This document shows positions 49,883 through 57,744 of a stretch of DNA of 64,000 nt, in pieces. A model generated the notes under the pieces. It was not told the origin of the DNA. It saw only the letters and a program-made list of their open reading frames with translations, and did not search any database. Source of the DNA: Minisyncoccota bacterium (GTDB lineage: Bacteria; Patescibacteriota; Minisyncoccia; Phycocordibacterales; UBA2100); contig JALHPE010000004.1 of the NCBI GenBank assembly GCA_022842645.1, positions 8,557 to 72,556 on the forward strand, in the 5' to 3' direction. The translations under genes were made by a program, and so were the position numbers. Position 1 is the first letter of the stretch. The number at the start of each line of letters is the position of its first letter.

Positions 49883-50434
49883 TCATGAGTGCGAACTAGA
49901 TGGGCGTAATTCTGCCGCCATGCAACCCTTTTCGCCCATGCCCCACCGAACTTCGATAGTCTGCCCTGGACGGAGCTCGATGAAGCCAAAGCGACGCAAG
50001 GTCTCCCTGTGGACAAAGATATCTGACCTGTCCTTGATGCGAGTCAGAAACCCGAACCCACGAACGCGACTGAACCATTTTACGACAGCCGATTCCCAGT
50101 CACTCTCCGGTGTCACGACGACATGCGTGCGTTGAGGCAATCGAGAAGGATGAATAGCGGTGCTGTCATCCACCTCCAAGAGACGAACTGTTTGCATACC
50201 CCTCGGTGTCTGTACCACTTCGCAATGCACCCGTGCCCCTTCGTATACGACCTGAAAGCCGCCCGCTTTGAGGCAGTTGATGGGCAAAAGCACATCTGGA
50301 AGCCCGTTGTCTGGAACGATGAATCCGTAGCCTTTCCCGACGTCGAACCATTTAATAGTTCCGACGATCTCGATGGTCTTGAGATCCGGCTGAGGTTTCT
50401 TGATGTGCTGAGAGAACGTATCCAACTGTGTCAT
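49883..50434 (-). CDS. Tandem (two-domain) cold-shock protein
   Basis: Two CSDs: IKWFD..KGYGFI and VKWF...RGFGFL...DIFVH. Confidence 0.9.
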   Translation of the reverse strand: MTQLDTFSQHIKKPQPDLKTIEIVGTIKWFDVGKGYGFIVPDNGLPDVLLPINCLKAGGFQVVYEGARVHCEVVQTPRGMQTVRLLEVDDSTAIHPSRLPQRTHVVVTPESDWESAVVKWFSRVRGFGFLTRIKDRSDIFVHRETLRRFGFIELRPGQTIEVRWGMGEKGCMAAELRPSSSHS

Positions 50435-50516
50435 CTAACTAACTCCACACACATATCTAGCACTATTGCTAGATAGCCTGCGAAAACAATATAGCCGCTC
50501 TCTCTGTATGTAAAGA

Positions 50517-51821
50517 CTACTCAATCGCATCAATTTCTGCGCCCACCGCCTTTAAGCGTTCGTGCAAATTCTCGTACCCGCGGTTGATTGGGTACACATT
50601 TTGGAGCTCTGACTCCCCTTCTGCGGCGAGCATGCCAATGAGAAGCATAGTCGCCGGGCGAAGTGCGGGAGGCGCTTCCATATGCACGGAGTGCAGTGGA
50701 GTTGGCCCTTCAATTTCGACACGATGTGGATCGAGCAGCTTCACGCGTGCACCAAGCTTTTCCATCAGTGTGTAGTATTGCGCTCGACCTTCGTAGACCC
50801 AATCGTGAATGAGAGTCGTGCCCGTGGCCTGCGTTGCGACCGGCACGAAGAACGGCAGGTTGTCGATGTTAATGCCGGGATACGGACGCGGTGCAATCTT
50901 TTCTGGTGGTGCATTCAAAACATCGCCTTTCTTTACTGTGATATCAATGAGTCGTGTGTGCCCATTTTCTGCAAGATATTCTGCGCCACGCGAATGTCGC
51001 ACGCCCATGCTCCAGAGCGTTGCGAGTTCGAGCTCAAGAAAATCAATCGGGCAGCGCTTCACCGTGATTTCAGATTTCGTCGTCGCGGCAAGTGAGATGA
51101 AGAACATGCTTTCTATTGGATCTTCGCTCGGAGCGTACTCAACTGCCTCGTTAATTTCCTCAACACCGTGCACAACCAAAGTTGTGGTTCCTATGCCTTC
51201 AATTTTCACTCCACATCGCTCAAGGAAGAAACAGAGATCCTGCACCATGTAATTCGCACTCGCGAATTTGATCGTCGTCTCTCCCGGAATCTTCGCGGCG
51301 GCCATGAGAACATTCTCAACACCCGTATCCGACGCTTCATACATGATGATCTCGCGCGGCCGTTTCTCGCCAACTTCAACGTGATAGCTATGCGTGTCTT
51401 CGTGACCCTCGAGATTGATACCGAGTCGTGCAAGTGCGTCGATATGCGCACCAAGCGAGCGTTTGCCAAGATTACACCCCTTAGGCGCAGGAAGATCGAA
51501 GGAAGCAACAAGGTGCGCAAGCGGCGCGATAAAAAGCGCGATTGAACGCGTCTTCTCCGCCGCTAGGCGATCAATGTTCTCAAGGTCGAACTGTGCGCGA
51601 GGCTCTATAACAACGTCGCCCCCAACCCATTCGACAGAGACACCGATTGAGCGGAGTACTTCAATAAGGCGATTTACCTCCTCAATGTGCGGCATGCGCT
51701 TGAGTGTCGTTTTTCCTTTGTTCAAAAGTGAAGCGGCAAGAAGCACGACCGCGGCGTTCTTGGAGATGTTGGTAGTCACTTCCCCTGAAAGGGTTTTACT
51801 CCCGATGACGCGGTAGTTCAT
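50517..51821 (-). CDS. murA: UDP-N-acetylglucosamine 1-carboxyvinyltransferase
   Basis: KNA, GCNLG.R...H, PYPG, E.R, I.RGYE. Confidence 0.92.
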   Translation of the reverse strand: MNYRVIGSKTLSGEVTTNISKNAAVVLLAASLLNKGKTTLKRMPHIEEVNRLIEVLRSIGVSVEWVGGDVVIEPRAQFDLENIDRLAAEKTRSIALFIAPLAHLVASFDLPAPKGCNLGKRSLGAHIDALARLGINLEGHEDTHSYHVEVGEKRPREIIMYEASDTGVENVLMAAAKIPGETTIKFASANYMVQDLCFFLERCGVKIEGIGTTTLVVHGVEEINEAVEYAPSEDPIESMFFISLAATTKSEITVKRCPIDFLELELATLWSMGVRHSRGAEYLAENGHTRLIDITVKKGDVLNAPPEKIAPRPYPGINIDNLPFFVPVATQATGTTLIHDWVYEGRAQYYTLMEKLGARVKLLDPHRVEIEGPTPLHSVHMEAPPALRPATMLLIGMLAAEGESELQNVYPINRGYENLHERLKAVGAEIDAIE

Positions 51822-51885
51822 ATCAGTGAGGGTTAGTTTTACATGGACAGCGATGGATGTCTAAGGCCTCCTGCTTGCACCTTGT

Positions 51886-52020
51886 GGTCACAAATAATTT
51901 CTGTCCCGTCGGACAGAAATTTTCGCGACCCCGGCTCGCCCGTTTTTGCTACTGCAAAAACATGGCTCCGCCCCGCACCAAAGCACAAAATCCTGCCGCA
52001 GGGCAGGATGTTTGTGTCTT
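51886..52020 (-). repeat. Structured tRNA-3' trailer element
   Basis: Three hairpins; the first extends onto the tRNA-Ile 3' end; C-AGTA-G and C-GACG-G loops and GCGAGC linker resemble the tRNA-Leu trailer. Confidence 0.7.
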
Positions 52021-52096
52021 TGGTGCGCGCACTAGGGGTCGAACCTAGGACCTCCCGAGTATCAGTCGGACGCTCTACCAGCTGAGCTATGCGCGC
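52021..52096 (-). tRNA. tRNA-Ile(GAT), CCA encoded
   Basis: GCGCGCA/TGCGCGC acceptor stem, TCCGA-CTGATAC-TCGGG anticodon arm, GGTTCGAC T loop. Confidence 0.95.
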
Positions 52097-52193
52097 GTGG
52101 AAAGGATAGTAGCAAAAAGAGCCCGGATATGCTACCTTTTCGAGCGCGGCACGTGTTAGGCCGTGTTCAGAGTTAGCAAAGGAGAAAGTAGTA

Positions 52194-52340
52194 ATGAAGA
52201 AGCTCAAGTATCCTGGTGCTCACAGCAAGAAGACGAGCGGGCGCAAGTACAAAGCCGGTAAAGTAAGTCGTCGAGAAGCGTGGCAAGCCCAAGCCAAGCT
52301 CGAAACCGAGCGGGCATCCCAGCGACCATCCTTCCGCTAA
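52194..52340 (+). CDS. Small basic protein, 48 aa (below ORF-track cutoff)
   Basis: AAGGAG upstream; MKKLKYPGAHSKKTSGRKYKAGKVSRREAWQAQAKLETERASQRPSFR; terminator hairpin at about 52365-52395. Confidence 0.6.
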   Translation: MKKLKYPGAHSKKTSGRKYKAGKVSRREAWQAQAKLETERASQRPSFR

Positions 52341-52440
52341 TCGACTTTGACATAAACACATTGTGCGGCGCGCCCAAAGGCGCGCCGCTTTCTTTGTAAG
52401 CCACCCCAATCCCAATCGTCATAAGTGCTATCATCACAAT

Positions 52441-52764
52441 ATGAAAACACTTCTCATTGGCGTCCTCTTAATTATCCTTAGCGCAGTGGGCTATTACTTT
52501 TTCTTCATGATGCCCGCAACAACGCTCAATTCGAATCCGACACCCTCTATCGGAACTCCTGCTCCCGGGAACGAAGGCAACTACCCCGAGCCGCAAAGCA
52601 AACTCAATATCGATGTGATTTGCACCGAATCTCTTGCCTACATGTCATTCCAGAGCGGTGCGGAAGCAGAAGCCTGGGTCGCCGCTTGTAAGCGCGGCGA
52701 GCATCCTGAGGCAATTGATCAGTGGAAACAAATGAACGGCATTACTGACGATCGCGCGATCTAA
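52441..52764 (+). CDS. Small membrane-anchored hypothetical protein
   Basis: N-terminal TM, Pro/Thr linker, two Cys; TATCAT-6-ATG. Confidence 0.7.
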   Translation: MKTLLIGVLLIILSAVGYYFFFMMPATTLNSNPTPSIGTPAPGNEGNYPEPQSKLNIDVICTESLAYMSFQSGAEAEAWVAACKRGEHPEAIDQWKQMNGITDDRAI

Positions 52765-53237
52765 CGCTCAATCTTAGACGCCGCTTTCTCTTCAAGCCGT
52801 GCCGATACGCCGGCAATCACGAACGCAGTGACGGTAAGAAAGAGACCGACGGCGACGCCGCCCGCGATGTCGTCCTGGCCTTGATTCGTGAGCGCGAGAA
52901 AAGCCATCGCCGCGAACATAAGTCCGGCAAACGACAGCGCGCAGTATCTGATAGTGCGCAAGGCGCGCACTGATTGCGGCGAGCATGCGTTGCCCTGCCC
53001 GACATAGCCCGCAAGTCTGAATGCCGTGTAGAGCCCCACGAACACGGCAACAAACGAGATGTAGATGTACGCTAGAAACGGGTCGTCGAAATAGATGTCG
53101 TAAAGCGAAGTAGCGTTTGCATTCACACCCTCGACTGTAGGTTCATAGAGCAGTGCGGCCAGAATGCCAGTCCCGAGGAAAACGATTGCTGCCTGCAGAA
53201 ATATCGCTAGAACGCGCTTAGTGCTTCGAACTTCCAT
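52761..53237 (-). CDS. DUF2975-like membrane protein
   Basis: Four TM segments, S...LR.I.YCA and F..L..A pattern. Confidence 0.65.
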   Translation of the reverse strand: MEVRSTKRVLAIFLQAAIVFLGTGILAALLYEPTVEGVNANATSLYDIYFDDPFLAYIYISFVAVFVGLYTAFRLAGYVGQGNACSPQSVRALRTIRYCALSFAGLMFAAMAFLALTNQGQDDIAGGVAVGLFLTVTAFVIAGVSARLEEKAASKIER

Positions 53238-53388
53238 ATTTTGAGCCTATCATAAAAACAAAAACCTGAGCATTTGTGTAGAATTGCCCTATGGAAGACA
53301 AAGAAGTGTTTGAGAGATTTTGAAATAAGCCCGAGATTTAACATGAGAGAGGCTTTGTATTTCCCCCAAATTTAACGTATCGAGTTTC

Positions 53389-53601
53389 TTATTTTTTTGG
53401 TCTTATCCAACTCGAAATAATAGACCCTAATATGGCAATCATGATTGAGAGTATCAGAAGACCCAAAAGATAATCACCTGAGAAAAATTGAGAAGGATTA
53501 CCCGACAACAAACTCAGGGTGCCGAATATTAAGATGAGGCCTACAGCTGACCAGCAAAACCAGCGGATAAAAGATTTTAGATTCATGATAAAAGCATACA
53601 A
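53389..53601 (-). CDS. Small two-TM hypothetical protein
   Basis: Two hydrophobic segments, basic C-terminus, low-GC segment. Confidence 0.5.
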   Translation of the reverse strand: MYAFIMNLKSFIRWFCWSAVGLILIFGTLSLLSGNPSQFFSGDYLLGLLILSIMIAILGSIISSWIRPKK

Positions 53602-53816
53602 TAAAAAAACTACCCATTCGGGCGTTTTGTGTTTGCATTTTGACTACAAACTGCTTTCTACAAACTACACACTGTTCACAAAACACTCTTTTGTTCCGTC
53701 CAATACCCCGGTCTTTCCCGGCGTCCGACATATTTGAGGGGTCTAATGTCATGACCCTTGGATACTCGTACGAGATATCCAAATCGACTAACAGCAGATA
53801 CCGAAGTATCTGGTTG

Positions 53817-55680
53817 TATAGAATGAATCCACGAGCAGCTTCCGCTACCCGTGCCTTGTTACGACTTACTCTTTGTCATTGAGTTTGCCTTGATGCATCG
53901 CAAGGATGCGCTTCGGGCACTCCCAACTTCCCTGAGTTGACGGGCGGATTGCTACCACTGAAGGCTCAGTGTGCGTCCCCACGTAGCGTACGGATTTCCC
54001 GTACTACGCGAGTTCGATATGTTCTATCGATTTTGTCCTTCATTACTCTTTCGAATAACTACTACGACTCTGCTGACTTCTCATGACTGATTTGGTGCCT
54101 TAAATCATGAGATCTCCTTCGGTCATTTTGATTTCTGTTCCATGCATCCATCCGAGCTTTTTTGCATACTTCCCCATTACTCACCGACTGGGTCGTATGC
54201 ACTCTTTCTGTATTGCTACAGGGAGGCTGCGTTTTGCTACTAGGACTCTCGGCACAAAACCTCGCGATTTTATGCTGTCCGTTCACTACATCTTTCGATG
54301 ATCCGATTTTAACGGATTAGAAAACAAAACTACGAAGCACTTTTCTATGTTGAGTACAAGGCTTGAGAACGTATTCACCGCGGTGTGGCTGACCCGCGAT
54401 TACTAGTGATTCCAGCTTCATGAGGTCGGGTTGCAGACCTCAATCCGAACTGACGCCGCTTTTATAGATTTGCTCCGGGTTACCCCATTGCGCCTTGTTG
54501 TAACGGCGATTGTAGCGCGTGTGCAGCCCAAGATATCAGAGGGACATGCTGACTTGGCGTCATCTCCACCTTCCTCCCCCGTGAGGGGGCAGTCTCGCCT
54601 GACAAATATAACAGGCAACGAAGGTTGCGTTCGTTACCCCACTGAAGGGAACGATTCAAACCACGAACTGACGACAGCCATGCATCACCTGTCCTACACC
54701 CTCGAAGGCTTCCTAGCTTTCGCTAGGCGTGCAGTAGGATTTCTAACCTTGGTAAGGTTCTTCGCTTAGCGACGAATTAAGCCACACGCTCCACCACTTG
54801 TGCAAGCCCCCGTCTATTCCTTTGAGTTTTAGTCTTGCGACCGTACTACCCAGGCGGATAACTTAACGCGTTAGCTTCGACTCAGAGAGGGTCGATACTC
54901 CCTAAATCCAGTTATCATCGTTTAGGGCGTGGACTACCGGGGTATCTAATCCCGTTCGCTACCCACGCTTTCGTGCTTGAGTGTCAGAAATGTGCCAGTG
55001 AATTGCTTTCGCTTTCGGTGTTCCCCATGATATCAACGGATTTCACCCCTACACCATGAGTTCCATTCACCTCTCACATCCTCGAGTCATGCCGTTTCGA
55101 GTGCGATTCCAGAGTTGAGCCCTGGGATTTAACACTCGACTAACATGACCACCTACGCACCCTTTACGCCCAATGATTCCGGGTAATGCTCGGGGCCTCT
55201 GTATTACCGCTCCTGCTGGCACAGAGTTAGGAGCCCCTTATTCATGAGGTAACGTCAATTACTTCCTCCCTCATAAAAGGTGTTTACGTCCCGAAGGACT
55301 TCATCCACCACGCGGCGTCGCTCGATCAGGCTTTCGCCCATTGTCGAATATTCTCGACTGCAGCCTCCCGTAGGAGTATGGACCGTATCTCAATTCCATC
55401 GATGGGGGTCAGCCTCTCAGCTCCCCTAAACGTCATAGCCTTGGTGAGCCATTACCTCACCAACTAGCTGATATTACGCAGGCCGCTCCAGAAGCGATAA
55501 ATCTTTAGTCTTTCGACACCATCGGGAATTACCCCGCCTTTCGGCGAGCTGTGCCCGACTTCTGGGTACGTTCCTACGCGTTACTATCTCGTCTGCCGGT
55601 TACCTTGCGGTCCCCTTGACTTGCATGCCCTATCCACGCCGCCAGCATTCACCCTGAGCTAGGATCAAACTCTCAGTTAA
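53817..55680 (-). rRNA. rrs: 16S rRNA gene (about 1460 nt mature) interrupted by an intron
   Basis: AGAGTTTGATCCTAGCTCAG, ACTCCTACGGGAGGC, ATTAGATACCC, AAACTCAAAGGAAT, CCGCCCGTC, AAGTCGTAACAAGG; ends approximate. Confidence 0.98.
53948..54350 (-). mobile_element. ORF-less group II intron (IIC-like core), 403 nt
   Basis: Interrupts GTACTCA|CCGCCCGTC; DV with CGC triad 53978-54012; DVI ending AAT; DIII motif GAAGTCAGCAGAG...GAAGGAC; EBS1 TGAGTA in a loop. Confidence 0.85.
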
Positions 55681-56077
55681 AGACGGAGAAATTAATCTCC
55701 GAACTTTTTTGGTTGGACGGAACAAAAGAGTGTACCTTCATGCACTGCAATGGGAGGAAGAGACGAACCTATGCTCGTAGAGCTAGTCTCGGCTCAGACG
55801 CTCAGCGCATCCATAACCTATCTCGCCCCTTCCATTGCAGCGCACAAAGATTTTCCGCCCGAATGAAATTCGTTCGGATAAACTTTTGTTCCTACTTACT
55901 TTACTTTCTTGTGTTCTTGCTTTTTGTGTGTGTTCCGAACGCGCAATTAAAAATTGTGCGCTCGAATAGTTTCTTACTCTCTTCAATTTTCAAAGGTCAC
56001 ACCACATAACGAAAAAAGCCACGTGGGATCCGTAATCTCACGAGGCTCTAGATCAGTAGAGTGAGATGGATAGGCAT

Positions 56078-56105
56078 AGTATAGCCATCCCCGCCCCCCT
56101 GTCAA
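56078..56105 (-). promoter_or_regulatory. Sigma70-type promoter of the 16S gene
   Basis: TTGACA-16-TATACT, followed by boxA-like ACCTTTGAAAA at about 55987-55997. Confidence 0.7.
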
Positions 56106-56166
56106 GTGCTCTATAGAGCCAAAAAAGAAGGCCCCCGACCTGAAGCCGGGGACCCTTAATTTCCAC

Positions 56167-56355
56167 TTACAAACGAGGGGATCCTGTACGACGCATACCC
56201 GATACGCGCACCTTTCTGAGGGCACATCTGTACTCAAGATCCTCTAAGAGAACACGAACGCTCTCCTCAGAGGAGTCGTCGAAACCGCCCTCGATAAGAG
56301 TTTTTTCTATTTTCGCAAGAGTCTCAGGTTTCAAATGCTGCACCGTGCTCGACAT
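56167..56355 (-). CDS. Small hypothetical protein (62 aa)
   Basis: GGGGAG upstream of ATG; terminator hairpin with U tract at about 56120-56157. Confidence 0.5.
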   Translation of the reverse strand: MSSTVQHLKPETLAKIEKTLIEGGFDDSSEESVRVLLEDLEYRCALRKVRVSGMRRTGSPRL

Positions 56356-56614
56356 GGCTTTACTCCCTATTCTGTTGCGTAACGTGACACTACCCTTAAT
56401 TTATAGAACGTCAAGTTGTCATCCAGAAAATTGGCTTTATACTCGTTCTATGCACTCACGAATTTGCTCCATCCTCAATCGCGCCAGCTTTGTGTGGTAT
56501 TGGTTTACACGCTCCCTCGCGAAGGAGAGGATTGTGGTGAATTAACTTAGGAGAATTCACACCAACCCCCTCCTTCGCGGAGGGGTTTTGTTTTCTGTTC
56601 TTTACGGAGGATGT

Positions 56615-56806
56615 ATGAAAAAGGGATATGAACATCTACTCGTGCGGTTGTGGGGTCAGGCCTATGCGAGTGACTCTCGCTACCATGACTGGAAGACAAA
56701 CGTGGAGCACAAGTTTGGCCCCGGCTACGCGGAAGCTGATCTATGTGACAAGCTGCACGAGCTCCACAAAGAATCATCGCCCCGAGCCGGAAGTGGTGGT
56801 TGGTGA
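56615..56806 (+). CDS. Small hypothetical protein (63 aa)
   Basis: GGAGG upstream of ATG; bidirectional terminator at about 56807-56844. Confidence 0.5.
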   Translation: MKKGYEHLLVRLWGQAYASDSRYHDWKTNVEHKFGPGYAEADLCDKLHELHKESSPRAGSGGW

Positions 56807-56842
56807 AAACAAGGCATCGCGCATGCGCGATGCCTTTTTGTT

Positions 56843-57739
56843 TTAAGCCTTCTTACCCTTCCATCGCTCGTAGGCAACAAGGAGCGGCGTCGCGAGCGCA
56901 ATAGACGAATACGTTCCCGCAACAACACCAATAATGAGCGTGAGTGCAAAGTCGCGCGTTGCTTCAGGGCCAAAGATAAAGAGTGCCACGAGGGCAAGCA
57001 GTGTTGAAACCGACGTGTTTACTGAGCGCACAAAGGTCTGTTCGATTGCACGCCCTGCAACCGTCTCAAAATCTTCTTTGCGATGTGCTTCAGCATTGAG
57101 ACGCAGATTTTCGCGTGTACGATCGAAGACGACGATGGTGTCATGCACCGAGTAACCAAGGATGGTAAGGATTGCGGTTACAAAAAGCGTGTCGACGTGG
57201 GCACCCCAGAGATACCCGAAGAGCGCGAATGCGCCGAGCGGCACGAGCACATCATGGGCGAGTGTCACAATCGTAATGAGTCCATAGACCCAACTCGAAA
57301 CCGGCTCTGATACTTTGCGAAACGCAAAGGCAACATAGAGCACAATACAGAGCACGACGAGTCCGAGTGCAACGAGTGCTTTTGTGCGCAGTTCTTTCCC
57401 TAAGGATGGACCTACGTCAGTGAGCCGCTCCACGGATCCACCTGTCTCTGCAATAAGGACCGGCAGCGCGGTGCGCGCGCCTTCTGAGAGTGGCGCAGAG
57501 CGGATGATATACCCCGCCTCCGATGCGCGGACAGACACATTTTCGAGCCCGCCTTCTGTAAGTTTTGTCGAGAGCTCTTCCTGCGATGGACGCTCCGCCT
57601 CATAGCGAACCTCAATGAGTCCACCTCCCGTGAAGTCGGTTCCCAAATTCAAACCGAGTGTTACAAAAAGCACGAGAGATGCAAGGGTGATTGCACCAAT
57701 GATCCCGAAGAATATGTTTCTGTATTTGATGAACATCAT
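56843..57739 (-). CDS. secF: Protein translocase subunit SecF
   Basis: LGTDFTGG, VGPSLG, HD, GYSVHDTIVVFDR.REN, GTYSS. Confidence 0.95.
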   Translation of the reverse strand: MMFIKYRNIFFGIIGAITLASLVLFVTLGLNLGTDFTGGGLIEVRYEAERPSQEELSTKLTEGGLENVSVRASEAGYIIRSAPLSEGARTALPVLIAETGGSVERLTDVGPSLGKELRTKALVALGLVVLCIVLYVAFAFRKVSEPVSSWVYGLITIVTLAHDVLVPLGAFALFGYLWGAHVDTLFVTAILTILGYSVHDTIVVFDRTRENLRLNAEAHRKEDFETVAGRAIEQTFVRSVNTSVSTLLALVALFIFGPEATRDFALTLIIGVVAGTYSSIALATPLLVAYERWKGKKA

Positions 57740-57744
57740 ATGTT

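Noticed and set aside
52173-52437. Minus-strand ORFs 52173-52415 and 52204-52437
   Set aside because: The plus-strand 48-aa ORF has the SD motif and terminator, and these two lack such support.
53640-56009. ORFs overlapping the 16S gene, its leader and the intron, including 54062-54286
   Set aside because: They are shadow ORFs on structural RNA with no RT, maturase or homing-endonuclease motifs.
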